A stretch of DNA of 64,000 bases. It comes from Sterolibacterium sp. (GTDB lineage: Bacteria; Pseudomonadota; Gammaproteobacteria; Burkholderiales; Rhodocyclaceae). Under the pieces are notes generated by a model. That model worked only from the letters and a program-made list of their open reading frames with translations. It searched no databases and was not told where the DNA came from. Positions 1 to 9,130 of the stretch are shown one piece after another. The DNA is taken from contig JBAYVV010000002.1 in NCBI GenBank assembly GCA_041674465.1, forward strand, positions 594-64,593, read 5' to 3'. Positions within the stretch are counted from its first letter, which is position 1, and every line of letters starts with the position of its first letter. A program made the position numbers and the translations under genes.

Positions 1-233
1 TCAGCTTGCCGTACCCGGCGGCCGCGACCGGTCCAGCGCCTGAAAAGAGTCCGCAGCCGGCGCATCGATTTGGCGCCGGCAAGGCGGGACACCGTATCTC
101 CGGTACGCACACAGCGGACCGACCTTCTATGTCTGTTTGGTGGAAGTCGATCCAGTTCAAAATCAATCCTGATGTTGCTTTTATGCCGTCATTCGAGGTG
201 ACTCAGATTCCAGGTTTTGAACATCGTGTCGCA

Positions 234-3200
234 TCAGGGCTTGTTCACCCAGAACCCTGTTCCCTTTTCCAGAAATTTTCCGGTTGTGACGAAGTCGAGA
301 TAGGCCTTGCCGTCAATGTAGTCCGTGAGCGCGCTTCCTCCCTGGGCCTCAAGGCTGGGCGCATGGAAATACCATGTTGACCGCGCACTGTCCCACGCCC
401 ATAGAGACGTGAGGTTCTGCGGAACCGTTCCGGCTGTCGGTGGCGATACGCTCAATGCCGCATTGAATTCGCCGGGAGTGGGCTGCTCTCCCGTGGCGAT
501 CAGATGCCAGCCTGAAGACATGTTCTTGAACGATGTGGAAGCAACGGCAGTGACGCCAGGCAATTGAACCGTGAAAGCGGACTTCGCATTGACCCAGAAT
601 CCTTCGCCACCCGAGATGATGGTCAGGAATTCGTAACCGTTTTTCGCGGCGAATGCCTGGCCACCATCGCTCTGGGCCGGTGCGTAAAACGCCCAGGCGG
701 GGTAAGCCACTCCCGCTGTTGTTCCAGTCGTCACCCACTTCCAGACCGTTGTTACCCGGGTGGCATCCTTGAAGCTGTCCGTGACCGTGATTGGCGCTGT
801 AAAACTGTTGCCGACAAGATTCCATCCCTTGACCAGATCCAGCGTAATCCCAGTGAACGTCGCGCCAACCCACGCAGATGTGCTGGCGGTGAATGTACAG
901 GTCGATGCAGTGCCCGAGCAGGCGCCGCTCCAGCCGAGGAAGCTCTCACCGGTTCCCGGATGGGCGTCAAGCGTCACGCTGCTGCCTTCATTGACGCTCG
1001 GAGAGCAACTGCTGCTGCAATCGAATCCCAGCAATGAACTCGTCACATTGCCGACTCCGGCAATCATCAATGTCTTGCTGTTGGTAAGCGAAAAGCTGGC
1101 AGACTGCCCAAGTGCCAGAGGCGCTGCCGTCACACGGTAGGAGCCCGCCTGGGTATTGGCGGTGCATGTGACACTGGCATGACCGGCAATGTCAGTCAGT
1201 GTCGAATAAGATGTTTTCCCGTCGGGAAACGTACAGGAAGTCCCAGAGCTTGGTGCAGAAAAATCGACGCGGATGCCGTTCTCTGGAGTACCTTCGGGCG
1301 ACTTCAGACTGATCTCCAGGGCAGTGGAAAAACTTGTTCCGGTCAGAGCGGTTTGAGTAGAACCACTGCTGATGGAAACCGTTGAGCCCGGCTCCGCCAT
1401 CACCGCGCCGTAACGAATGGCACGAACTCGTCGTTTTCCGGGATCTCCGAAGAACAGGTTGCCTTCGCCATCTATGGCGATGCCCTTATTCTGACCAGTA
1501 CCGTAGTAACCCGCTTGGACGGATCTGGCTAACACGCCATCGCCGATGCCGGGTTTGTTGGGATTGTTGGAAAACATTTCCGGATTGCTAAAAACGAATG
1601 TAAACGCATGGCCGTTGGGCTGGATGCGGGACGTGCCCGTGAACAGGTTGCCGGTCGAACTCAGCCTGACGTGCGCTCCGCGACCGGAGAAGAAGGTCGA
1701 AATGATCCCGTCCGGGGTCACCTTGCGGATACGCTCGTCGTTTTCGCCGATATACATGGTGCCGTCGGGTGCGATGGCGACGCCATAGGGGGTGTTCAGG
1801 CAGGCTTGCGTCGCCGGGCCGCCATCGCCGCAATAACTGCCCTTGCCGTAGTTTTCAAAACCATTCCCGGGACCACTGCCGGCAACCGTATCGATGATTC
1901 CGGTCTTTGCATCGATACGACGGATACGGTTGTTGTTGCTGTCGGCGATAAAGATGTTCCCTGCAGCATCGGTGGCGGCGTCCCAAGGCTCATTGGTGAT
2001 CGCGGCGCTGGCCGGGCCGCCGTCGCCGGAAAACCCGTAGTTATGGAGCATGTTTACCGCATGAATAATGCCGGCGCCGTCGATCCGGGAGATACCTGCG
2101 ATATTGACCATCAGCAAGTCGTTTGTCGGCGTAAGCGTGATCCCGACCGGGTACATGAAAGCTTCCAGTGCAGGCACGCCGTCATTACCGCCGATCCCCA
2201 TCAATCCATTGCCGGCGATGGTGCTCATGTTGCCTAGGCTGTCCAGCTTGCGAATACGGTAGTTCATGGGATCAGCCGCAAGCAGATCGCCACTGGGAAG
2301 AAAGAGCAGGTCTGGGCCGTCATTGGCCAGTATGGTCGATAACGCCGATCCGGTTTCACCGATGATGTGCGGTCCCATCCCGGCAATCGTGTCGAGCAGC
2401 CCGGTGGTGACGTTGATGCGCCGTATGCGGCTGGAACACGCGTCGGCAAACAGGATGTTGCCGGACGGATCCAGCACCAGTCGGTGAATCTGACACAGCG
2501 GCGCGTTCGCGATCGCCGTACCATCTTCGCTGAAACCGTAGCCCTTGCCCCAGGACTGCAGCAACTGGCCTGTCGGCGACAGCTTGAGAATGCGCAGCGA
2601 GGTCGAGTCAATCAGATCGATACCGACGTACAGGTTATCGTTGCGATCGGCAAAAATCGCCCTGACAGCTTGTCCCGCATCGACTACTGCGTCGGCAAGG
2701 AAGGTCGTGATGATTCCCGTGGTCCCGTCGATCCTCCGCACACGGGCGTTGGCAGTGTCCGCCAGATACACGTTGCCCTGCGAATCCGCGGCGAGCCCGC
2801 CCCAGTCATTGGTGCCGACGTTCAAAGTGGCCTGTGTGGCAGGCCCACCGTCGCCCGAGAAACCGGCAGTCCCGTTGCCGGCGATGGTTGTGATTATCCC
2901 TCGGGTGTCTATCTTGCGGATGCGGTTTGCGAACTCCAGCACATACAGATTCCCCGCGCCGTCAAAGGCGATTTGCAATGGTTGATTGAACTGTGCATTG
3001 GCGGCGGGTCCACCGTCTCCAGAGAAGCCCGCAACGGAACTACCATAGAGCGTAGTGATGATGCCTGTCGAGGCATCAATGCGCCGGATGCAATGATTAT
3101 TGGCATCGGCGATCAGCAGATTGCCGCTGGGATCGAGTGCAAGGCCACGTGGGCTTTGGAGTTGGGCCTTGTGCGCCGGCCCGCCATCTCCGGAATACCC

Positions 3201-3809
3201 GAACATGCCGGTACCAGCATAGCGCTCCATGACGCCGTCGGTGCGAACGCGCCGGATCACGTTTTGATTGTGCTCACTGAAGAACAGCGATCCGTCATTA
3301 GCCAGCGCGAATCCGGGTTCATTGGGCTCCAGCATCGCCTGTGTGGCCGGTCTGCCATCTCCTCGAAACACGCCAATTCCCATGACGGTCGTGATGTAGC
3401 CGGGAGGCAGGCTCTTCAAGGATGGCGGCAGATAAAGAAACTCGGCGTAGGCATTGGGGCCATTACCACTGAGTTGCACCGAGGCGATACCGTTTTCGTG
3501 GACAGGACTTTGGAACACGATCTGCGTGTCGGAAGCGGAAGTCGGGGTGATGCTGGTCCCATCCAGCGTCAGCGCGGCGCCGGTGAAACCGCTACCGGTC
3601 AGCGTGACCTGGGTGCCGCCGGCGATCGGGCCTTGCGCTGGATTAATGGATTGAATCAGAGGCTGTGCTGCAGCGATGATAGGTGCACACAGAAGGACAA
3701 TTACTGCAAGTGACCAGTCACGCTTGTGATGACCACGGAAAACAAGCGTCGCCAACGGATGCGTCGACACATTTCCCACTACATGGAAGAGCCGCTGCAG
3801 GAGTCTCAT
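234..3809 (-). CDS. Secreted NHL-repeat beta-propeller protein with an N-terminal IPT/TIG-like domain, an Ig-like (Big_1-like) domain, a Cys-rich InlB-B-repeat-like domain and a duplicated C-terminal module
   Basis: 1191-aa ORF. Signal-like N-terminus (WSLAVIVLLCAPIIAAAQP). About 11-12 recurrences of the NHL signature, e.g. PRGLALDPSGNLLIADANNHCIRRID, WGGLAADSQGNVYLADTANARVRRID, PWDAATDAAGNIFIADSNNNRIRRID. IPT-like GGTQVTLTGSGF lies near the N-terminus. Confidence 0.8.
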   Translation of the reverse strand: MRLLQRLFHVVGNVSTHPLATLVFRGHHKRDWSLAVIVLLCAPIIAAAQPLIQSINPAQGPIAGGTQVTLTGSGFTGAALTLDGTSITPTSASDTQIVFQSPVHENGIASVQLSGNGPNAYAEFLYLPPSLKSLPPGYITTVMGIGVFRGDGRPATQAMLEPNEPGFALANDGSLFFSEHNQNVIRRVRTDGVMERYAGTGMFGYSGDGGPAHKAQLQSPRGLALDPSGNLLIADANNHCIRRIDASTGIITTLYGSSVAGFSGDGGPAANAQFNQPLQIAFDGAGNLYVLEFANRIRKIDTRGIITTIAGNGTAGFSGDGGPATQATLNVGTNDWGGLAADSQGNVYLADTANARVRRIDGTTGIITTFLADAVVDAGQAVRAIFADRNDNLYVGIDLIDSTSLRILKLSPTGQLLQSWGKGYGFSEDGTAIANAPLCQIHRLVLDPSGNILFADACSSRIRRINVTTGLLDTIAGMGPHIIGETGSALSTILANDGPDLLFLPSGDLLAADPMNYRIRKLDSLGNMSTIAGNGLMGIGGNDGVPALEAFMYPVGITLTPTNDLLMVNIAGISRIDGAGIIHAVNMLHNYGFSGDGGPASAAITNEPWDAATDAAGNIFIADSNNNRIRRIDAKTGIIDTVAGSGPGNGFENYGKGSYCGDGGPATQACLNTPYGVAIAPDGTMYIGENDERIRKVTPDGIISTFFSGRGAHVRLSSTGNLFTGTSRIQPNGHAFTFVFSNPEMFSNNPNKPGIGDGVLARSVQAGYYGTGQNKGIAIDGEGNLFFGDPGKRRVRAIRYGAVMAEPGSTVSISSGSTQTALTGTSFSTALEISLKSPEGTPENGIRVDFSAPSSGTSCTFPDGKTSYSTLTDIAGHASVTCTANTQAGSYRVTAAPLALGQSASFSLTNSKTLMIAGVGNVTSSLLGFDCSSSCSPSVNEGSSVTLDAHPGTGESFLGWSGACSGTASTCTFTASTSAWVGATFTGITLDLVKGWNLVGNSFTAPITVTDSFKDATRVTTVWKWVTTGTTAGVAYPAWAFYAPAQSDGGQAFAAKNGYEFLTIISGGEGFWVNAKSAFTVQLPGVTAVASTSFKNMSSGWHLIATGEQPTPGEFNAALSVSPPTAGTVPQNLTSLWAWDSARSTWYFHAPSLEAQGGSALTDYIDGKAYLDFVTTGKFLEKGTGFWVNKP

Positions 3810-3958
3810 GACTGCTTACCCGGGAAATTGTCGGCACAGCGCGTACTCCAGCCAGCGCTCTGCCCAGTTTAATCCCTATTGATGGTACGGACAATGTTCC
3901 GTTGATGCAGAAGCGCTATTGAAACCGAGTGTCGAAGCAATTTAGCCTGGCAGGCTGT

Positions 3959-4750
3959 CTAGCCCGCGAAGTAATCGACGACTCGGTGTGAAACATAGAT
4001 CGTCGCAACGCCGGCGCCAATCAGTAGCACTTGCTGGAGGGTCGCCTTGAGTTCGGTGCGTTTGTGCAAGCCGGGAATCAGGTCGGCGACGGCGACATAA
4101 ATCATGCTCGCCGCGCCCAGCGCCAGGAACACCGGGACGGCGCTTTGTGCCTGTGACAGCGCGTAATACGACAGAAGTCCGCCGAACAGCGTTGCGAGGC
4201 TTGAAATCAGGTTGTAGACCAGCGCCTTGGCGCGCGAATAACCCGAATGCAGCAGGATCACGAAGTCGCCGACTTCCTGCGGGATCTCGTGGGCGATGAT
4301 GGCCAGCGCCGTGATAATGCCAAGCTGGATGCTTTCCATGAAAGCGGCGGCGATCAGCACGCCGTCAACAAAATTATGGAAAGTGTCGCCGATCAGGATC
4401 AGCAGGCCGCTACGGCCGCCATCGAAAGATTCATGGTGGTGGGCGTCCTGCAACTCGTGCCCCTCGCAGGCTTCGGTATGGCAGTGACGCCACAGCACCA
4501 GTTTTTCCAGAACAAAAAAAGCCAGGATGCCGCCCAGGACAATCCCGCACGTGGTCGAAGCGTCGGCTGTGGCCGTGATGGCCTCGGGCAGGACTTCGAG
4601 AAATGCTGCGCCGAGCAGCGCGCCGATGGCGAAGCTGACGAGTTGCGAGACCCAGGCCGCGCCAAAGGCCAGTGCGAACAAGGCTGCAGCGAGTACCGAC
4701 AAGACGCCGCCGGCAACAGAGGTAACGATGATCCAGAGAAGGACTGACAT
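3959..4750 (-). CDS. ZIP-family divalent metal (zinc) transporter, ZupT-like
   Basis: Multi-TM ORF with a His-rich loop (HCHTEACEGHELQDAHHHESFDGG) and the ZIP motifs HNFVDGV and HEIPQEVGDF. I chose the start at MSVLLWII (ATG 4748-4750) over the 29-aa upstream extension, which lacks TM or ZIP character. Confidence 0.8.
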   Translation of the reverse strand: MSVLLWIIVTSVAGGVLSVLAAALFALAFGAAWVSQLVSFAIGALLGAAFLEVLPEAITATADASTTCGIVLGGILAFFVLEKLVLWRHCHTEACEGHELQDAHHHESFDGGRSGLLILIGDTFHNFVDGVLIAAAFMESIQLGIITALAIIAHEIPQEVGDFVILLHSGYSRAKALVYNLISSLATLFGGLLSYYALSQAQSAVPVFLALGAASMIYVAVADLIPGLHKRTELKATLQQVLLIGAGVATIYVSHRVVDYFAG

Positions 4751-4775
4751 GGGTCCGATTATACGGGAAGGCCTG

Positions 4776-5068
4776 GAGCCTATTTCAGCAGGGAGATCGG
4801 TATGCGCAGAGACAAATTGGGATGCGATGCAAGGCACGGCGACGAAGCGATGCTCGATGCCTCGCTAGGAGCCGTAACGCCGCAGCGCGCCCAATTTGCC
4901 TCTGCCCTTCGGGTTGTGGCCAAATGTGGCGCTCGCTTTGTCCCCCAAGGGGACTTCCTTTGGGCGTCACTCGCCTTGCGAAGGGATCGACCATTCGCTG
5001 CGGCTCGCTTCGCGCGATCATCCGCATTTGGCCGCAACGCATGCCACTCTCCCTGCTGAAATAGGCTC
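4776..5068. repeat. Intergenic element bounded by perfect 21-bp inverted repeats (candidate MITE/foldback element or long-range RNA stem)
   Basis: gagcctatttcagcagggaga (4776-4796) is the exact reverse complement of tctccctgctgaaataggctc (5048-5068), with a 251-nt spacer. By eye the arms stay partly complementary further inward. No credible ORF lies inside. Confidence 0.6.
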
Positions 5069-5806
5069 TTATTCCAGCCAGATGCAGGACGCCATGCGTC
5101 CGGTGACACCGTCGCGGCGATAGGAATAGAAACGCTGCGCATCCCCATAAGTGCACCAGCTGCCGCCCGAGACGCGCTGTACCCCCAATCCTGCCAGGCA
5201 TTGCCTGGCCAGCAGATACAGATCGCACAACCATTTGCCCTGGCCATGCGTCACGAATGCCTGTTCGGCTGCACTGTCATGACGGCAGAAAACATCGCGC
5301 ACATCGGTGCCGACCTCGAAAGCGCGTGGACCGATTGCCGGCCCGAGCCATGCCAGCATGCGTGTCGGTTCGATGGCCATGGCGTCAATGCAGGACTCGA
5401 TCACGCCGGCCGCCAAACCGCGCCAGCCGGCGTGCACGGCGCCGATGACGGTGGCATCATCGGCACACAACAGCACGGGCAGGCAGTCGGCCGTCAGCAC
5501 AGCGCAGACCCGGCCAGGGCTGCGCGCGATGGAGGCATCGGCAACCATCCCGGCAATGGCATGCTCCGCAACCGCCACCCGGATACCGTGCTCCTGCTGC
5601 AGCCAGAGCGGCTCGGCGGGCACATGGAACGGGGGCAGGCGCAGCAGTGCACGATTGGCGGCGACAGCCTCGGGATCATCGCCAACATGCGCAGCGAGAT
5701 TGAGTCCGGCATAGGGGCCAAGGCTGATGCCGCCGTCGCGCGTGGTCACCAGGGCGTGCACGGCGGCAGGCGCATCCCAGTCGGGACAGATCCAGTCGAA
5801 GTTCAT
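5069..5806 (-). CDS. pgeF: Peptidoglycan editing factor PgeF (YfiH/DUF152, laccase-domain protein)
   Basis: 245 aa with the HAGWRG motif and overall YfiH-like sequence. Overlaps the rluD stop, giving the conserved bamD/rluD/pgeF arrangement. Confidence 0.85.
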   Translation of the reverse strand: MNFDWICPDWDAPAAVHALVTTRDGGISLGPYAGLNLAAHVGDDPEAVAANRALLRLPPFHVPAEPLWLQQEHGIRVAVAEHAIAGMVADASIARSPGRVCAVLTADCLPVLLCADDATVIGAVHAGWRGLAAGVIESCIDAMAIEPTRMLAWLGPAIGPRAFEVGTDVRDVFCRHDSAAEQAFVTHGQGKWLCDLYLLARQCLAGLGVQRVSGGSWCTYGDAQRFYSYRRDGVTGRMASCIWLE

Positions 5807-6795
5807 GCGCTCACACGCAAGGCATCCAGCAAGTCGGCGAAATCCTTCGGCAACGTTGATTCCCAGCTCATCTCGTCACGCGTGCGCGGATGCAGCAAGG
5901 TCAGCCGCCAGGCGTGCAAGGCCTGGCGCGGAAAAGCCGAGAGCAGCGAGTCCCCGCGACCGCGGCGGCCGTAGACAGGATCGCCAACCAGCGGATGCTT
6001 GATCGATGTCATATGCACCCGGATCTGGTGAGTGCGTCCGGTTTCAAGCCGGCACTCGAGCAAGGTGGCATCGGCAAACCGCTCCAGCACGCTGAAGTGC
6101 GTCCGCGCCTCCTTGCCCCGGCTGCCATGCTCCGCCACCACGGCCATCTTGGTGCGCTGGGTCGGGTGACGCGCAATCGGTGCATCGACGCTGCCGGCTG
6201 CGGCAACCATGCCATGCACCAGCGCCAGATATTCGCGTTTGACGCTGCGCGCCTGGAGCTGCCGCACCAGGTCGGTCTGTGCCGCAAGGGTCCGCGCGAC
6301 GACCAGCAGGCCGCTGGTTTCCTTGTCGAGGCGATGCACGATGCCGGCACGCGGAATCTCGGCAAGCTCCGGCGCCCGGTGCAGCAAGGCATTCAATAGG
6401 GTGCCCTGCCAGTTGCCGCTGCCGGGATGGACCACCAGTCCGGCCGGCTTGTCGATGACGAGCAGATCCGGGTCCTCATAGAGGACGCTCAACGCTATTT
6501 CCTCTGCCGCATGGGAATTGGCAACGGGGTCAGGTGCTGCAGCCACGCGGATTGTCTCGCCGCCCCACACCTTGTGCTTTGCGTCAGGGCTGGGCACGCC
6601 TTCAATGCCGATACGACCTTCGCGCAACCAGGCCTGCAATCGGCTGCGCGAATGCTGCGGCAACAGGCGCGCCAGCGCCTGGTCGAGACGCAATCCGGCG
6701 TATTCGGACGGAACTGTCAGGGTCTCCGTCGCAGCGGGGGGCTCAGTGGCGCTTGCGCTATAATCCGACGGGTTCGATTGCGGGGCATTCATCAT
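5803..6795 (-). CDS. rluD: 23S rRNA pseudouridine(1911/1915/1917) synthase RluD
   Basis: 330 aa with an S4-like N-terminal region, the catalytic HRLDKETSGLLVVA motif and GRTHQIRVH. Divergent from bamD. Confidence 0.9.
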   Translation of the reverse strand: MMNAPQSNPSDYSASATEPPAATETLTVPSEYAGLRLDQALARLLPQHSRSRLQAWLREGRIGIEGVPSPDAKHKVWGGETIRVAAAPDPVANSHAAEEIALSVLYEDPDLLVIDKPAGLVVHPGSGNWQGTLLNALLHRAPELAEIPRAGIVHRLDKETSGLLVVARTLAAQTDLVRQLQARSVKREYLALVHGMVAAAGSVDAPIARHPTQRTKMAVVAEHGSRGKEARTHFSVLERFADATLLECRLETGRTHQIRVHMTSIKHPLVGDPVYGRRGRGDSLLSAFPRQALHAWRLTLLHPRTRDEMSWESTLPKDFADLLDALRVSA

Positions 6796-7594
6796 GCATA
6801 GTGTAGCGGCTAAAGCAGTATTTTTCGCGCTTCTCCTCTCCCTTCTGGGCGGTTGCGGCCTGTTGCCCGACCAGAAGGATGAAACCGCCGGCTGGTCGGC
6901 TGAGAAGCTCTACACCGAAGCCAAGGATGCGATGAATGATGGCGCCTACGACAAGGCCATCAAGAATTTTGAAAAGCTCGAAGCGCGCTACCCGTATGGA
7001 CGCTATGCGCAACAGGCCCAGCTTGAAATTGCCTATGCCTATTTCAAGCAGCAGGAACCCGCCTCCGCGGTGACGGCTTGCGATCGCTTCATCCGCCTCC
7101 ACCCCAACCACCCAAATGTGGATTACGCCTACTTTCTCAAGGGACTGGCGAACTTCGGCGAGGACTTGGGCATCATGGGCAGGCTCAGCATGCAGGACCT
7201 CAGCGAACGCGATCCCAAGGCTGCCCGGGAATCCTTCGACGCGTTCAAGGAACTGGTGGTCAAGTTTCCCGACAGCAAATACGCGGAAGACTCCAGAGCG
7301 CGCATGAATTACCTGACCAATACCCTGGCGCAACATCATGTGCATGTGGCGCGCTACTACTACAAGCGCGGGGCCTACGTGGCGGCAATCAACCGCGCCC
7401 AGACGGCGCTCAGGAACTACCCCGGCTCACCGGCCAACGAGCAGGCCCTGTATGTCGTCATGAAATCCTACGAAAACATGGGGATGAAGGATTTGCGCGA
7501 TGACACCGAGCGCGTGTTGCGCAAGAATTTTCCCAAGAGTGAACTGTTTGCCCAGGGACTGGACCTGCCCGATCCCTGGTGGAAACTCTGGTAG
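6794..7594 (+). CDS. bamD: Outer membrane protein assembly factor BamD (ComL/YfiO lipoprotein)
   Basis: 266 aa with a lipobox (LLGGCG) and TPR-like content (YDKAIKNFEKLEARYPYGRYAQQAQLEIAYAY). Divergent from rluD. Confidence 0.9.
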   Translation: MHSVAAKAVFFALLLSLLGGCGLLPDQKDETAGWSAEKLYTEAKDAMNDGAYDKAIKNFEKLEARYPYGRYAQQAQLEIAYAYFKQQEPASAVTACDRFIRLHPNHPNVDYAYFLKGLANFGEDLGIMGRLSMQDLSERDPKAARESFDAFKELVVKFPDSKYAEDSRARMNYLTNTLAQHHVHVARYYYKRGAYVAAINRAQTALRNYPGSPANEQALYVVMKSYENMGMKDLRDDTERVLRKNFPKSELFAQGLDLPDPWWKLW

Positions 7595-7603
7595 GTCAGC
7601 ATC

Positions 7604-9130
7604 ATGCCTTTTGATATCAAAAGCCCGGCGCTGTGCATCGCCATCGTCGGTGCCGGCGCGATGGGGCGCGGCATCGCCCAGATCGCCGCCCAGGCCGGCA
7701 TTCGCGTCCTGATCTACGATGCCCTGCCGGGAGCCGCAGCAAGCGCCCATGCCGGCATCGTCGCCACCCTGACCAGACTCGCCGAAAAGGGCAAGATTTC
7801 CGCAGAGGCGCTGACTGAGACGAGAGCCCGGCTGGAAATCATTTCTCACCAAGAACAACTGGCACCGGCGCAGGTTGTCGTCGAAGCCATCGTTGAGAAC
7901 CTCGAGGTCAAGCGTCAAGTCTTCAAGCAACTCGAGGAAATTGTTGCTGTCGACTGCATCCTCGCCAGCAACACCTCGTCGCTATCGATCACGGCTGTCG
8001 CCGCCGCCTGCAAGCACCCCGAACGCGTCTGCGGTTTCCATTTCTTCAACCCCGTGCCGCTCATGAAAATAGTCGAGGTGGTCGACGGTTTGCTCACCGC
8101 ACCCTGGGTCAGCGAAGCGCTCCTGGCACTCGGCCAGCGTTTCGGGCACCTGGCGGTGCGCGCCAAGGACACGCCCGGATTCATCGTCAATCACGCCGGA
8201 CGCGGCTTCGTCACCGAAGCCTTGCGCTGCCTAGGCGAAGGGGTTGCCGAATTCCACGACATCGACCGTATCATGCGCAGCGCTGCCGGATTCCGCATGG
8301 GACCATTCGAACTCCTGGATTTGACCGGGCTCGACGTTTCCCAGCCGGTGATGGAGTCGATCTATCATCAATACTACGAAGAGCCGCGCTACCGCCCTTC
8401 GCCCTTGGCGGCGCAAAGGCTGGTGGGTGGCGTACTCGGCCGCAAGACCGGGCGCGGCTTCTATACCTACGTCGAACAGCAGGTGCAGCCGATCGCCCTG
8501 CCGCCGGTACCGACACAGCGCCCAAGCAAAGTCTGGATCAGCCCGGCACATCCGGTCTGGCACAAAGCGGTGACAGAACTCGTGCAACATCTCGGTGGTC
8601 AGGTCGACCACAACCCAAGGCCAGCGCCTGATGCCTTGTGCATCCTGACGCCGCTCGGCTCGGATGCAACCACGCTGTGCCAGGCCGAAAGACTGGACGC
8701 AAGCCGCTGCATCGCAATCGACTGCCTGTTCGGACTGGAGCGTCACCGAACCTTGATGAGCACGCCAGTGACGACAACTGAAATGCGCGATGCCGCGCAC
8801 GGTCTGTTTGCCGCTGACGGTGTGCCGGTCTCGTTGATTCGCGACAGCGCCGGCCTGATTGCCCAGCGCATCGTCGCCTGCATCGTCAACATCGGCTGCG
8901 AAATCGCCCAGCAGCGCATCGCCAAACCTTCCGACATCGATCGCGCGGTTCAACTGGGCCTGGGCTACCCGCAAGGACCGCTCACACTGGGCGACAGCCT
9001 CGGTGCAGACAAGATCCTCGCCATCCTCACCGCCATGCAGGATTTCTATGGCGATCCGCGCTACCGTCCCAGCCCCTGGCTGAAACGACGCGCACTGCTT
9101 GGGATTTCCCTGCTCACAGAGGAACAATGA
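7604..9130 (+). CDS. 3-hydroxyacyl-CoA dehydrogenase (PaaH/Hbd-like, with duplicated C-terminal domain)
   Basis: 508 aa with a Rossmann motif (IVGAGAMGRGIA), NTSSL, FHFFNPVPLMKIVEV and two copies of the C-terminal dimerisation domain (both ending in PRYRPSP). Confidence 0.85.
   Translation: MPFDIKSPALCIAIVGAGAMGRGIAQIAAQAGIRVLIYDALPGAAASAHAGIVATLTRLAEKGKISAEALTETRARLEIISHQEQLAPAQVVVEAIVENLEVKRQVFKQLEEIVAVDCILASNTSSLSITAVAAACKHPERVCGFHFFNPVPLMKIVEVVDGLLTAPWVSEALLALGQRFGHLAVRAKDTPGFIVNHAGRGFVTEALRCLGEGVAEFHDIDRIMRSAAGFRMGPFELLDLTGLDVSQPVMESIYHQYYEEPRYRPSPLAAQRLVGGVLGRKTGRGFYTYVEQQVQPIALPPVPTQRPSKVWISPAHPVWHKAVTELVQHLGGQVDHNPRPAPDALCILTPLGSDATTLCQAERLDASRCIAIDCLFGLERHRTLMSTPVTTTEMRDAAHGLFAADGVPVSLIRDSAGLIAQRIVACIVNIGCEIAQQRIAKPSDIDRAVQLGLGYPQGPLTLGDSLGADKILAILTAMQDFYGDPRYRPSPWLKRRALLGISLLTEEQ

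Noticed and set aside
1-233. A possible gene at the left edge: the plus ORF 6-380, and minus-strand frames open to position 1, including a LysM-like VRTGDTVSRLA string.
   Set aside because: The plus ORF overlaps the NHL gene end and looks non-coding. One minus frame is Arg-rich, one has no ATG start, and the third ends at position 1-3 after only about 40 codons. A gene starting here and running off the edge cannot be excluded, but it cannot be supported either.
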